Under the pieces are notes generated by a model. The model had not been told where the DNA came from. It saw nothing but the letters and a program-made list of their open reading frames with translations, and did not search any database. Position numbers and translations under genes: made by a program. DNA of 64,000 nucleotides. Origin: an uncultured archaeon (GTDB taxonomy: Archaea; Thermoplasmatota; Penumbrarchaeia; JASLWR01). Positions 1 through 10,906 of the stretch are shown here, piece by piece. How positions within the stretch are numbered: position 1 is the stretch's first letter; the number at the start of each line of letters is the position of its first letter. The DNA lies in assembly GCA_964430885.1 (NCBI GenBank), contig CAYSHM010000001.1:128001-192000 (forward strand). Direction: 5' to 3'.

Positions 1-1
1 A

Positions 2-910
2 AAAAAACTAGGTGGGGCCTATGGAATATTAAGAACGATGTATGTAATTGATTTCATCAAGGAGATGATAAATAATGGTAAATCATCGACCCTTAGGGAA
101 TTGTATTACATAAGTGAAGGCTGGAAATTGGCCAAGTTCACCGATCAGAATGATTCCAACAAATTAGCTGAGGACCTTGAGATTATAACTAAATACATGC
201 GTGAAGATTTCAAATTGAGGCCTGAAGAGGACGGTGCAAGGGTTATAGGCAATATTACCCTGAGGGAAAAGAATAGGAAGGGGGAATTTAAAACTTTCAA
301 CTGCAGAGATGATGTTGGAGATTCCGGTTATTCAATTCCTTATAACGTCGATTATGAAAAAGTGAAATTTGAGGGTTGCGATGCGAAGTTTATTATCGCT
401 ATCGAAACCGGCGGGATGTTCGATAGATTGGTTGAGAATGGATTTGATGAAAACTATGATGCAATATTGGTGCATCTCAAAGGCCAGCCTGCCAGAAGTA
501 CCAGGACATTCATTAAACGTCTGAACAATGAATTGAAATTGCCAGTAGTAGTTTTTACCGATGGTGATCCCTGGTCGTACAGAATCTTTGCATCAGTGGC
601 TTTTGGGGCAATAAAAACCGCACATATATCGGAATACCTTGCTACTCCAACTGCCACTTATTTGGGAATAACTCCATCGGATATTAAGAATTACGACCTT
701 CCCACAGATTCTCTATCAAAGCAGGATATCAAGGCACTCAAGTCAGAATTGGAGGATCCTCGATTTTTGGATCCTTTTTGGCAGGGCGAGATAAAGTATC
801 AATTAAAAATGGGGAAAAAGGCAGAACAGCAGGCATTGGCCAAGTATGGCTTGGATTTTGTTACCGATACCTATCTTCCGGAAAAACTTGCCGAACTTAA
901 CATGATATAG
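2..910 (+). CDS. top6A: DNA topoisomerase VI subunit A (5' partial; frame open from window start)
   Basis: TLRELYY catalytic-Tyr motif, Toprim motifs [13 protein letters not shown] and VFTDGDPW, C-terminal KAEQQAL. Frame is open upstream of ATG 38 ([12 protein letters not shown]). Confidence 0.95.
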   Translation, partial: KKLGGAYGILRTMYVIDFIKEMINNGKSSTLRELYYISEGWKLAKFTDQNDSNKLAEDLEIITKYMREDFKLRPEEDGARVIGNITLREKNRKGEFKTFNCRDDVGDSGYSIPYNVDYEKVKFEGCDAKFIIAIETGGMFDRLVENGFDENYDAILVHLKGQPARSTRTFIKRLNNELKLPVVVFTDGDPWSYRIFASVAFGAIKTAHISEYLATPTATYLGITPSDIKNYDLPTDSLSKQDIKALKSELEDPRFLDPFWQGEIKYQLKMGKKAEQQALAKYGLDFVTDTYLPEKLAELNMI

Positions 911-1031
911 ACATCAATATTATCATCATGAAACGATTATTATTATTATTATTAAGTTGTCATTACAACCAGTCATTATTCCATTTATAATTTTATATCA
1001 ATTATTGTTTTATTTGGAGGTGAATGTTTAC

Positions 1032-1526
1032 TTGAAAAGGGTTCTAGTTGTCGATGCCAATATTTTCATTGAAGGATTTGATCTGGATGGGTATAGGGAA
1101 AAATTCATTCTAATGACCACACCTGGGATTGTATCTGAGGTGGAAAGAATTGGGGACCAATACAGGTTGGAATATGCTTTGGGGGCAGGTCTAAAAGTTA
1201 GTCATCCATCCGACGAGCATGTTAGAAGCATTGAAGTGATCTGCAATAAAATGGGTGAAGGACGAAGACTTTCGAAAATAGATGTGGAGTTATTGGCTTT
1301 AGCTGAACGGGAAAATGCAATAGTGATTTCAGATGATTACTCAGTTCAAAATATAGCGGCGGTTATAGGATTAGAGGTATTAACGGGATTACAGAGGGGC
1401 ATCAAGGAAATATATAGATGGGGTAAGAAATGTGAGGGTTGCAGAAGAAAATTTTCGGACGTTGAAAAATCTTATTCTGACTGTCCAGTATGTGGTAGTA
1501 AATTAAAAGACATTCGAATTAATTGA
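1032..1526 (+). CDS. nob1: NOB1-family endoribonuclease (PIN domain plus Zn ribbon)
   Basis: VVDAN, LSKIDVELLALA and SDDYSVQN PIN motifs; CEGC...CPVCG ribbon. TTG at 1032 follows GGAGGTGA (1016-1023), so it is preferred over 957. Confidence 0.9.
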   Translation: MKRVLVVDANIFIEGFDLDGYREKFILMTTPGIVSEVERIGDQYRLEYALGAGLKVSHPSDEHVRSIEVICNKMGEGRRLSKIDVELLALAERENAIVISDDYSVQNIAAVIGLEVLTGLQRGIKEIYRWGKKCEGCRRKFSDVEKSYSDCPVCGSKLKDIRIN

Positions 1527-1686
1527 TTTTTCATTTTGTTCAAAAGAGGGTTTTTGGAACATATATAGGGAAGTTTGATTATATTCCCAAAACTTTTTAT
1601 ATCAATCTAAGGTTTGCATTTATATAATTTTCTAAAGAACATAAACGGGCTTTGGGTATATATAAAAAGGGATCAGAGGTATAAGT

Positions 1687-1983
1687 TTGGGATATAGGAA
1701 GAGACAATTTTTCAGTCATAAAAGCAGGCAGAAAAGACAACCAATGTTAAATGTGGGAAGAGAATTGGAATTCAAATATGATGTGAGGGCAATACTCAAA
1801 AGGGACAATATTGATGAGAAGAAGGAAGCTCCTTTTATCGCCACACTTTTTTCTAGAGGAAGTCGTATGGATATTCCCACGGCTGAAAAATATGTTGAGG
1901 AAAAGTTCAAAGAAGGTTTATTTAGTGAAGATTCCTATGAAGAAATTTTGAAATTACTGAAAAGATATAGAAAATGGAGATAG
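1687..1983 (+). CDS. Small basic hypothetical protein
   Basis: 98-aa ORF with GAGGT RBS and an upstream AAAACTTTTTATA BRE/TATA-like element near 1588-1600. Confidence 0.7.
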   Translation: MGYRKRQFFSHKSRQKRQPMLNVGRELEFKYDVRAILKRDNIDEKKEAPFIATLFSRGSRMDIPTAEKYVEEKFKEGLFSEDSYEEILKLLKRYRKWR

Positions 1984-2072
1984 ATATCTTACCTATCTCC
2001 AATTATTACACTTTCCAGGTTCTCCTTTTACTACATCCAATTTGATATTTAGTCATTTTTTTGATGTATGGT

Positions 2073-3551
2073 TCAGGCGTTTTCAAGAACATGGGTCAAG
2101 ATGTCCCAGAATTCTTTTACAGAAGATATTTTCACCATTTCCATTGGTGAGTGCGGATGTTCTATTTGGGGTCCGAATGAAACCATTTCCATACCAGGAT
2201 ACTTTTCTCCGATAATTCCGGTTTCCAGACCTGCATGAATGGCTTTTATGCCCGGTTGTTTTTTGGTTATTTCTTTGAAACTTTTTTCCAGGATAGAAAG
2301 AATCTTCGAATCAAGATCCGGTTTCCAACCAGGGTAACTTCCGCCTTTCTTGAAACCGGCTCCTGAAAGATATGCAATGGATCTTATATGTTCCACTGCC
2401 CACTCTCTTGCCGAAGCAACTGAAGAACGGGAGTTCAATCCAATTATCAATTCATTATTGTTCATTAACAGAGTAGCGAGATTTGTGGATGTTTCCACAA
2501 GGTCAGGAATGTCCTGTGACATTGCTTGAACACCATTGGGGAGGGCCATTAATAACGCAATTATATTGTCGGTGCAATCTCCTGTGAGGCATTTATCCAT
2601 TCCATTCTTTGAGTCTTCAAATATTATCTGAATATCATTTTCCACGGTGAATTCCTTTTTGAAACCTATTAGTTCTTTCTCAATAATTGCCTTAGTAGTA
2701 TCAATGTTCTTTTCAGGGATTACGATTGTTGCTTGAGATTCACGAGGTATGGCATTTCTTTTGGTTCCCCCATTTATTTCAATAATTTTCATATCGCACT
2801 CCATATTGATAGCATTGAGTAATCGGGCTAATAGCACATTTGAATTGCCTCTTCCTAAATGGATGTCGACACCAGAATGTCCGCCTAACAGTCCTGTGAC
2901 CTTGATATGTTTCTGCATATCTTGAGAAATTGGTTCAAAATCCAGGTAATAGTATAATTGGGTGTCTGCGCCTCCTGCACAGCCAACATATATTGCCCCT
3001 TCTTCCTCAGTATCAAGGTTAAGCATTCTTTGGAAATCTAAAAAATCCTTTTCTAGCTGGAAGGCACCGGTCAATCCAGTTTCCTCGTCAACAGTGAAAA
3101 GGAACTCCAATTGTCCATGATCAATGTTAGAGTCCTCCATAACAGTCAGCATGGCCGCCAATCCGATACCGTTATCAGCACCCAAAGTTGTGTTTGTAGC
3201 AAAAAGGTAACCCCCCTTGATCCGCAGTTTCAATGGGTCTTTGGAAAAATCATGTTCAGTTCCTTGATTTTTTTCACATACCATATCCATATGGCTTTGT
3301 AAGATAATTCCTTCTATGATATTGCTAGGATCCTTTGCCTTTTTCCTGACCAATATATTTCCAATGCTATCGGTTTTATATTCAAGTCCAAGGTCCTTGG
3401 CCTTTTGAATAATGAATTCTGAAATCTTTTCCTCGTGTTTGGAACACCGGGGGATTTTGGTTATCTCGCAGAAATTATCCCATAACTTTTCCGGTAATCC
3501 TATTTTCCTACCAACGCTTGGTATATTGATAAATTTCTTCTCATCAACCAT
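2073..3551 (-). CDS. pepD: Aminoacyl-histidine dipeptidase (peptidase M20C)
   Basis: LQSHMDMV, TTLGADNGIG, FTVDEETG, NLDTEE, GGHSG, IHAGLE and HPHSP motifs. Confidence 0.93.
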   Translation of the reverse strand: MVDEKKFINIPSVGRKIGLPEKLWDNFCEITKIPRCSKHEEKISEFIIQKAKDLGLEYKTDSIGNILVRKKAKDPSNIIEGIILQSHMDMVCEKNQGTEHDFSKDPLKLRIKGGYLFATNTTLGADNGIGLAAMLTVMEDSNIDHGQLEFLFTVDEETGLTGAFQLEKDFLDFQRMLNLDTEEEGAIYVGCAGGADTQLYYYLDFEPISQDMQKHIKVTGLLGGHSGVDIHLGRGNSNVLLARLLNAINMECDMKIIEINGGTKRNAIPRESQATIVIPEKNIDTTKAIIEKELIGFKKEFTVENDIQIIFEDSKNGMDKCLTGDCTDNIIALLMALPNGVQAMSQDIPDLVETSTNLATLLMNNNELIIGLNSRSSVASAREWAVEHIRSIAYLSGAGFKKGGSYPGWKPDLDSKILSILEKSFKEITKKQPGIKAIHAGLETGIIGEKYPGMEMVSFGPQIEHPHSPMEMVKISSVKEFWDILTHVLENA

Positions 3552-3926
3552 ATAGTTTCACTCCTCTCGATTGTAAATAATATCAAACTATCCTTTGATT
3601 AAGTTTGATTTAGGCCATGAATACCGCTAGGTAGTATTTAATTTTTCTTAGAATTACACTTTACCTCATAAGTCCATTTGACAAATGGTCGATTGTAGCA
3701 GGATATCAGTATTCCAGAGGAAACTAAAACAATTCCTCAAATATTTTTAATATGATGATGGGTATTTCCCCGAGGGATAAATCCAAGTAAAAATCTATAT
3801 AAGACCCAATTAAATAACTATTCTTCTGGATTCCCATATGGATCCTAAAGAAATGGATTGATAAAGATATTGGTATTAGTATTTAGTCAAATTTGGTCTA
3901 TAGATGAATGATGCCAGTTATCAAAT

Positions 3927-4001
3927 GGACGTGTAGCCTAGCTAGGATATGGCACTGGCCTCCTAAGCCAGGATTCAGGGGTTCGAATCCCCTCACGTCC
4001 G
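3927..4001 (+). tRNA. tRNA-Arg(CCT)
   Basis: Acceptor GGACGTG/CACGTCC, anticodon arm CTGGC-CT CCT AA-GCCAG, T arm GTTCGAATCC; no encoded CCA. Confidence 0.96.
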
Positions 4002-4104
4002 CTTTCGCTATAATTCAAAAATAGGTGACTCTAACCTGTTTAATTCCAAAATATGTAAAAATGGTTCCGTTTGTTATGATTTCACATCATCTTTTACTGG
4101 GGTA

Positions 4105-6786
4105 ATGAAAATGTCAGAGAGCAATGAGTTCAATATTAAAGAGGTCGAGAAAAGATGGCAGGATTGGTGGGAGAAAAATGAAATATATCGATTTGATCCA
4201 GAGAGTGATAGGGAGCCTTATACTATAGACAATCCCCCGCGGTATGCTTCTGGGGCCCTTCACATCGGTCATGCTGTGCATTATACACATATTGATTTTA
4301 TTGCTAGATATCAAAGGATGCTGGGAAAAAATGTCATGTTTCCATTATGTTTTGATGTTAATGGAATGCCTATTGAGGTGAATGTTGAGAAAAAATATGG
4401 AATAAAGATGAATGAAACAGATAGACATCATTTCATTTCGCTCTGTAAGGACTTTGCTGAGAACAACATTGGAACTATGAAAAAACAATTTAAAATTTTA
4501 GGCCATTCCATGGACCCGTCCGTTTATTATCAGACTGATGAACCTTACTATAGAAGATTGACCCAGGTATCTTTCATTCGATTATTCAAAGAGGGTCTAA
4601 TCTACAAGGATAAATTCCCTGTGAATTGGTGTCCCCGATGCGGGACGGCTTTGGCTGAATCCGAGGTTGAATATAAGGACAGGAAAACCTTTCTAAATTA
4701 CATCCACTTCAAGGAGAAGGAGACTGGCGGTCCAATCACAATAGCTACAACCCGTCCAGAGCTTCTATGCACATGCCAAATGGTGGCCATACATCCGGAT
4801 GATCCAAGGGCGGACAGATTGGGAGGAAAATCCCTCTTGGTCCCCATGTATGATCGAGAAGTACCAATAATGCTGGATGATGAGGTGGATGCGGATTTCG
4901 GCACAGGAGTTGTGATGATATGTACAATAGGGGATAGGGATGATCTGAATTGGGTTTTCAACTACGGATTGAATATGGAAATGGGAATCGATGAGAATGG
5001 ATTGATGACCGATCTGGCTGGGAAGTACAGCGGTCTGCATCTTGAAGATGCAAGAGAAGCGGTTATAAAAGACATGAAAGAAGCAGGCCTTATTGTTAAA
5101 CAGGAACCTCTGGACCAAAATGTTGGAGCATGCTGGAGATGTGCTACACCAATAGAATTCATATTGACTTCTCAATGGTTCCTCAAGACCTTGGATTTCA
5201 AGTTGGATGTGCTGGAAGCGTCTGACAGTATGAAATGGTTCCCTTCATTCATGAGAACTCGTTTGGAGGAGTGGGTCAATAGACTGAATTGGGATTGGGT
5301 AATATCCCGGCAGAGATACTTCGGCACTCCCATACCAGCTTGGGAATGTCATGAGTGTAAGCATATCGAAGTTCCCGACGAGGAGGAATGCTATATCGAT
5401 CTCACCCTTGAGGGTCTCACCGAGCGCGATTGTTCCTCTTGCGGAGGTGTGATGAAAGGTTCAGTTGAAGTGTTTGATACCTGGATGGATTCTTCACTTA
5501 CACCGCTTTATAATAGTTATTGGCTGAGGAATGAGGATTATTTCAATAAAGTATTTCCAATGTCATTAAGACCTCAATCTCACGATATAATCAGAACTTG
5601 GGCTTTTTATTCTATATTGAGAAGCAAACTTCTAACTGGTGATAAACCTTTTAAAACCATCATGATGGACGGATTTATTCTATCAGCAGACGGCACACCA
5701 ATGCATGCCTCTAAAGGAAATGTTATAGACCCATTGGAAATCCTAGATGAATTTGGGGCGGACCCATTGAGATTTTACGCATCCAATTGCGCTTTGGGGA
5801 AGGACAATCCCTATCGCCATCAGGATGTGCTTAGAGGTCTTAGTGTTTCAAGAAAGCTGTTCAATATAGGCCGTCTGGTCAAAACCGCTATTGATAAAGG
5901 TTTTGATAACTCCATTGACATTGCCAATATTGCATTTGAGGAGGTTGAATCAGATCTTCATGATGTGGATAGATGGCTGATTTCAAAATACTCAAAAATG
6001 GTGGGGAACGCTACGGATAATATGGAAAAGTTCCGTTTCGACCATCTTGTGAAAGATATCATTAATTTCACCTGGCACAAATTAGCAGATCATTATTTAG
6101 AAATAAGTAAAAATAGGATTTATTCAGGTAATGATAAAGCCCTCCTATTTACCCTTTATAATGTTATGAAAGGCATATTGAAAATGCTTGCGCCATTTTT
6201 ATGCCATATTACTGAAGATATTTACCAAAATATTTTTGCCGGTGAGACCAAAGGAAATAGTATTCATGTTAGTTCCTGGCCCGAACCGATAAATATAGAT
6301 GATGATGGTGAAGCGCTCGGAGATTTGGTAGTTGATATTACTTCAGCCGTCAGATCATACAAATCCGAGAAGAAGATTCCTCTGAACGCATCCATAGGAG
6401 AACTGATAATAGGCGGTGCATTGGGTAGGCGAATCCAGGATTCCATTGAAGATATTATTGCACCAACGTCATCATCAGGAATTCAATTTGCGGATGAACT
6501 TTTAATCGAGAAAAATATCACTGGTTTGAAACCAAATTTTTCAGTGATGGGTCCCCGATTCAAGAATAGGGTAAATGATATTGTCAAAAGTTTAATCAAA
6601 TTAAACCCGGCTTCACTCTGGGCGGATATAGATAAAAAGGGTATTTATTCTTTGAAACTTGATGATGAAGAGTTCTTTATTGATAAAAAATGCATTATAT
6701 TTGAGCGTGGAATGTCAATAAAGGGGCAAACAGTGGAGGCAATAGAAAGCCCGAACGAAGACATATCCATATTTATCAAAAACTAA
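4105..6786 (+). CDS. valS: Valine--tRNA ligase
   Basis: HIGH motif (LHIGH), VNWCPRC, ATTRPE, WDWVISRQRYFG, DTWMDSS; KMSKS position reads PMHAS. Confidence 0.96.
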   Translation: MKMSESNEFNIKEVEKRWQDWWEKNEIYRFDPESDREPYTIDNPPRYASGALHIGHAVHYTHIDFIARYQRMLGKNVMFPLCFDVNGMPIEVNVEKKYGIKMNETDRHHFISLCKDFAENNIGTMKKQFKILGHSMDPSVYYQTDEPYYRRLTQVSFIRLFKEGLIYKDKFPVNWCPRCGTALAESEVEYKDRKTFLNYIHFKEKETGGPITIATTRPELLCTCQMVAIHPDDPRADRLGGKSLLVPMYDREVPIMLDDEVDADFGTGVVMICTIGDRDDLNWVFNYGLNMEMGIDENGLMTDLAGKYSGLHLEDAREAVIKDMKEAGLIVKQEPLDQNVGACWRCATPIEFILTSQWFLKTLDFKLDVLEASDSMKWFPSFMRTRLEEWVNRLNWDWVISRQRYFGTPIPAWECHECKHIEVPDEEECYIDLTLEGLTERDCSSCGGVMKGSVEVFDTWMDSSLTPLYNSYWLRNEDYFNKVFPMSLRPQSHDIIRTWAFYSILRSKLLTGDKPFKTIMMDGFILSADGTPMHASKGNVIDPLEILDEFGADPLRFYASNCALGKDNPYRHQDVLRGLSVSRKLFNIGRLVKTAIDKGFDNSIDIANIAFEEVESDLHDVDRWLISKYSKMVGNATDNMEKFRFDHLVKDIINFTWHKLADHYLEISKNRIYSGNDKALLFTLYNVMKGILKMLAPFLCHITEDIYQNIFAGETKGNSIHVSSWPEPINIDDDGEALGDLVVDITSAVRSYKSEKKIPLNASIGELIIGGALGRRIQDSIEDIIAPTSSSGIQFADELLIEKNITGLKPNFSVMGPRFKNRVNDIVKSLIKLNPASLWADIDKKGIYSLKLDDEEFFIDKKCIIFERGMSIKGQTVEAIESPNEDISIFIKN

Positions 6787-6829
6787 TTTTGTTTCTGGTC
6801 AAAATGGCTCCGATCTCCTTGAGGAAAAT

Positions 6830-9823
6830 TCATTCCTCCTCCTTGAATACAGGTACTAAATAAGGGACTTCCTTTTTGGCCAGGGCATTTTCATTAATAA
6901 GATCGATTAATTCTCGAATGGATTGGTTCTGCTCTTCAATTTTTTCCTTCAATTCTTCCTTATATTTCTCAAACTCTTCCTTGGAAACCTTTTCACTTTT
7001 TTCAATACTTTTCTTGCGCCACCGTCTTTCGAGGAGGAAAAGGATTATTGAAAATAATAGGAATAGACCATTGATAATCATAATTATTGTAATACTGGTG
7101 GACCATCTATCAAGGTCCTCTTCGGTGAGGGCATCATTTTCAAGTATTCCGCTTTCTTTTGGAATTTGAAGTTTGACCTCAATGGGATTGTTTCCCATAT
7201 GGTATTCATCAAGATTACTTATGCCATTTCTGTTTTCATCCCTTTTGGCATCGTTGGAATTAAGGGGGTCCAAACTGAACTGCTTCTCCCACAGGTCTGG
7301 CATACCATCAAAGTCAGTATCTAGTAAAATCACGCCGCTGTTCTCTAAAATGGGATTTTCATTGGAATTGAACTCCTTTAGGTTGCTTTCCCCATCATTA
7401 TTCCAATCTTCTAAAGCATCCTCGGGATCATGTGGATCCAGACCATATTGTATTTCCCACCAATCAGGAATACCATCTTTATCAAAATCCTTATCATCCT
7501 GGGAAAATTTATCACTATCGAGTACAAGTAGTTCCACTGTAATCTGGGACGATTTCCAGTCCAGGTCCATCGCAGTAATGGTTAGATTGTAATTGCCGGG
7601 TTCTACATGCTCAGGTATAGATATTTCGATAATGGCCTTTCCATCCTGAAGTAATAGTCCCTGAGGCATATCTATACCAAATTCTCTAAGATCTATTGTT
7701 ATCCAGTTGATATTGTCATCCGCATCAAAGAATGAAACAGATATCCTTACAATATCTTCTCCATTGTTCTTAATACTAGATGAAACTGAAGGATCTCTTA
7801 GGACCGGCGCGAAACCACTTGATTTCACATTGATAATCACGACTGAACTTGCGGAAAGTCCAGATATGTCAAATGCTGTAATGTTCAGTATCAGAATTGT
7901 ATTTGTGTAGTTAACATCTATGATAATCACTCTGGAATATATACTATCGTTGCCAATGAGATCACCGTTAGTTCCGTCGTCGAACATTACTTCATTCCTA
8001 TTTCCGCCGAGAGGAGAAAGATCTATAACTACTGATTCAAGATTGTTCTCGTCATCAGACGCCTCAGCTTCAATCAAACCGGTTTCCTCGCCATTATTGG
8101 TCATTTGCAGAGGTCCGCTTGCAATAATAGTAGGGGCTTTGTTCCATTCCATGATGTTCAGACTTGTTATTACCGATACAATGTTATTTCCAGTGTCTTG
8201 AACGTATATGGTAAGCTCCTTTACCCCCGCACTGCAGTTCGGACTTGCAGTAATCAACCTGGAATAGGTGGAATCCGATGATATCACATCACCGTTACTT
8301 CCATCATCGTACATCTGTGCGGTCTGGTTTCCGCATATGGGGCCGAGATCAACATATACCCGTTCTATTCCTTTATCATCATCTGCAGCAAGCGTGATAA
8401 GGGTAGTTTCCTCTCCGTTATTCTTGATGCTTCCGGGACTGATTATTGGGATAGAAACTGCCGGTTCCTGATCTCTATGGTCAACTACGATCAATTCAAG
8501 TGTTTCCACGACTACATTTCCCGACCAATCTTTGATAGTTATCGGTAGGAAATACTTTAGAGGTACAACTGTAGTGGAAATGCTGGAAATGGAGAATACG
8601 GCATCATTGGCATTGAGGTCTCCATTAGTTCCATCATCATAAAGGTCGGTCATAGAACCCTCTAAAGATGTTAGGTCGATAGTAACTTCCATGATATCCA
8701 GAAGCCCGTCCGATTCCGATATTTCAACCGTGATATTGCATTCAGTTATTCCATCATTAGGTAGGGGGCCGCCTTGTGCTTCCACGATTCCCGGCAGTTC
8801 GGATTTATAGCTGTATTCAGCAAGGACTTCCGTTGATTGAATAATATACTCATCTACTCCACACCAGGCGGTCCACATATCTCGGACTTCCTGTTTTACA
8901 TAGAATCCTACCTTTGGAGAGAAATAAGTGGTAACCGTTCCACCTGAAGGTGGGTCTATATTATCTCCATCATTGTGGGTTCCCCCATCATCTTTCCCAA
9001 TTATTTTCCAAGATGTGAATTGTTCACCCGCCAATGGGTATGCCTGACCGGATACGTATGAATCTGAGGGTATTGTAATTGATTGAGATTGAGTTTGAAT
9101 ATCCCTATCGCAGATGACATTATGATATTCATTAATGGATTCATCCCCGTCAGTTTGTCCTTCAATATTGATTATTCCAGTTACATGTACGTTGTTGGAA
9201 TAACTTCCAATATTTCCTAGTTGTATGGGGAATCCGAAGGTTTCTTCGGGCGTTTCATATAGGATAGTAATATCCTGTTTCTGATGGACATCACCCAGAA
9301 CAGTATTTGTCTCAGCATCTCCCTCAGCATAAATATGTACCTTGACAAATGCCATGTCTTCCTTGTTTATCCATATCTCACCGCTCAAAGGTGCTTCAAG
9401 ATCGAAGTGGAAATTCACTTTAATACCGGCTATCTTCTGGACACCATCACCCCAGGCTTGAACGGTTCCAGTCAGCTGCAGTTTGTAGCAATCATAGGAG
9501 GTTCCCTTTACTGTCAGTGTTTCAGTTCCGATCATGGTGAATTTTTTTTCATCATGATAGTAGTATATTGTTTTTCCATCATCGGATTCGTCTATTACCA
9601 TATGTTCTGCATCACGCACCAAAACCCAATAATCGCCAACATCCCATTTAGGGGTAAGATAAGTTAATCCTTCGGCCCTTTTATTTTCTGTTATGGATGT
9701 ATTGTTGTCCAAAATCTCAGTTTTCGAGCTGGGACTATTCATGATATTTATGGAAGATAAAATAGATATAAGAAATAGAATCAATATCATGAACGATATT
9801 TTTCTCCCATCATCAATATACAT
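6830..9823 (-). CDS. Large secreted, membrane-anchored protein with DDG-x-x-GD (choice-of-anchor X-like) repeats and Ca-binding DxDxDG repeats
   Basis: N-terminal hydrophobic signal; three LYDDGTNGD/MYDDGSNGD/MFDDGTNGD repeats; DFDKDGIPDWWE and DTDFDGMPDLWE; C-terminal TM helix followed by a coiled-coil tail. Confidence 0.8.
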   Translation of the reverse strand: MYIDDGRKISFMILILFLISILSSINIMNSPSSKTEILDNNTSITENKRAEGLTYLTPKWDVGDYWVLVRDAEHMVIDESDDGKTIYYYHDEKKFTMIGTETLTVKGTSYDCYKLQLTGTVQAWGDGVQKIAGIKVNFHFDLEAPLSGEIWINKEDMAFVKVHIYAEGDAETNTVLGDVHQKQDITILYETPEETFGFPIQLGNIGSYSNNVHVTGIINIEGQTDGDESINEYHNVICDRDIQTQSQSITIPSDSYVSGQAYPLAGEQFTSWKIIGKDDGGTHNDGDNIDPPSGGTVTTYFSPKVGFYVKQEVRDMWTAWCGVDEYIIQSTEVLAEYSYKSELPGIVEAQGGPLPNDGITECNITVEISESDGLLDIMEVTIDLTSLEGSMTDLYDDGTNGDLNANDAVFSISSISTTVVPLKYFLPITIKDWSGNVVVETLELIVVDHRDQEPAVSIPIISPGSIKNNGEETTLITLAADDDKGIERVYVDLGPICGNQTAQMYDDGSNGDVISSDSTYSRLITASPNCSAGVKELTIYVQDTGNNIVSVITSLNIMEWNKAPTIIASGPLQMTNNGEETGLIEAEASDDENNLESVVIDLSPLGGNRNEVMFDDGTNGDLIGNDSIYSRVIIIDVNYTNTILILNITAFDISGLSASSVVIINVKSSGFAPVLRDPSVSSSIKNNGEDIVRISVSFFDADDNINWITIDLREFGIDMPQGLLLQDGKAIIEISIPEHVEPGNYNLTITAMDLDWKSSQITVELLVLDSDKFSQDDKDFDKDGIPDWWEIQYGLDPHDPEDALEDWNNDGESNLKEFNSNENPILENSGVILLDTDFDGMPDLWEKQFSLDPLNSNDAKRDENRNGISNLDEYHMGNNPIEVKLQIPKESGILENDALTEEDLDRWSTSITIIMIINGLFLLFSIILFLLERRWRKKSIEKSEKVSKEEFEKYKEELKEKIEEQNQSIRELIDLINENALAKKEVPYLVPVFKEEE

Positions 9824-10105
9824 ATATCAAACCCCGAATAGATCAATATTGATTATTTATTCTGGACCGTAATATTGCTGAATTGCCCATAGTAAATAGA
9901 TGCCTATATATATCAAATCTTTTCCTATAAATACTAAACTGGAATTTTTATAGGTAGTTATTTATAAAAAAATAGGTCACATCATTCTTTGTGGTATTTT
10001 GGTCAGTACAATGAATTTTTCAGACTAGTAATATTATACCAATCTTAATATAATAAACTATACAATCAATGCAGTAATAGATTTCATGATGGAGGATTGA
10101 AATAA

Positions 10106-10474
10106 ATGAAGATATTAGTACCTACAGCAGGACCAAAACCAGCAAGGGAGAATGCAAGCTATATCTGTGATATGGCAAAGAAATTGAATGCAGATGTGGC
10201 GGTTCTCCACGTTTTGGATATTGGTGAATATGATGACGGCCGCAAAGCCCTGAACATTTTCGAAGAGATTGCAAAGGATTATGGACTTCAGATTGAGACA
10301 TATATCAAAGAGGGTAAAGTAGTTTCAGTTATATCCGAATTTGCTAAAAGTATTGATGCGGATCTTGTGGTGATGGGGGCAAGCCAAGGACAGATCGTCG
10401 CTGAGTGGATAGTTAGTGGAGTCCTCAAGAATTCCGAGAAACCTGTAGTAATCATACCCTGGGCTTACAGTTAA
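10106..10474 (+). CDS. Universal stress protein (UspA family)
   Basis: MKILVPT start, ADLVVMGAS, KPVVII end; GGAGG RBS. Confidence 0.9.
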   Translation: MKILVPTAGPKPARENASYICDMAKKLNADVAVLHVLDIGEYDDGRKALNIFEEIAKDYGLQIETYIKEGKVVSVISEFAKSIDADLVVMGASQGQIVAEWIVSGVLKNSEKPVVIIPWAYS

Positions 10475-10510
10475 ATTCATGCCCATTCTAAGATTAAAAT
10501 CTCACATTTG

Positions 10511-10609
10511 TTAGATATAATCCGATCTGACAAATTTTATTTTATTATATTCTATAATTTTATTTTTTATCTCTAGCAGAGCGCACCTTCCATCTTTAGC
10601 TGCCCCTGG
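10511..10609 (-). pseudogene. Orphan C-terminal fragment of a calcineurin-like metallophosphoesterase
   Basis: Manual translation gives [32 protein letters not shown], matching the (N)PG-x-x-x-DG-x-x-A-h-h-E-h end typical of this family. AT-rich like the host; no start codon. Confidence 0.7.
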
Positions 10610-10808
10610 ACGGGGAAATGAGGCCGCCGATGATATTGAGCATGGTTGACTTCCCGCATCCGGATGGGCCCATGAGGGTTACGAACTCTCCCCCGGAGAC
10701 CTTGAGGTCAATGCCCTTGAGAACCTTGTTGATCCCTCCACCTGGGATGGAAAAATGCTTTTTCAGGTCTTGGCACTTGACCAGTAATTTCTTTTTCTTT
10801 ACGTTCAT
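10596..10808 (-). pseudogene. Truncated ABC ATPase (LolD/MacB-type); only the N-terminus with Walker A remains
   Basis: VLKGIDL...[18 protein letters not shown], then a stop at 70 aa at the island border; no signature or Walker B motif. Confidence 0.85.
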
Positions 10809-10888
10809 TATATCACAGGTTCCTTCCCTTCAGTTTCATTGCTAATGGAAGCCAGAAGTATTATACTCGTATTTTTTGTTACCATCAT
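10808..10888 (-). pseudogene. 26-aa remnant ORF ([26 protein letters not shown])
   Basis: GGAGGT RBS upstream; its stop overlaps the next start (TAATG). Looks like the two ends of an internally deleted gene. Confidence 0.4.
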
Positions 10889-10906
10889 CCAACCTCCGAG
10901 CCTCAA

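Noticed and set aside
957-1031. Hydrophobic N-terminal extension of Nob1
   Set aside because: AT-rich intergenic sequence read from an upstream TTG; the RBS supports a start at 1032.
10596-10808. Programmed frameshift or readthrough rescuing the short ABC ATPase
   Set aside because: No downstream frame contains ABC signature or Walker B motifs; the downstream sequence encodes a phosphoesterase C-terminus.
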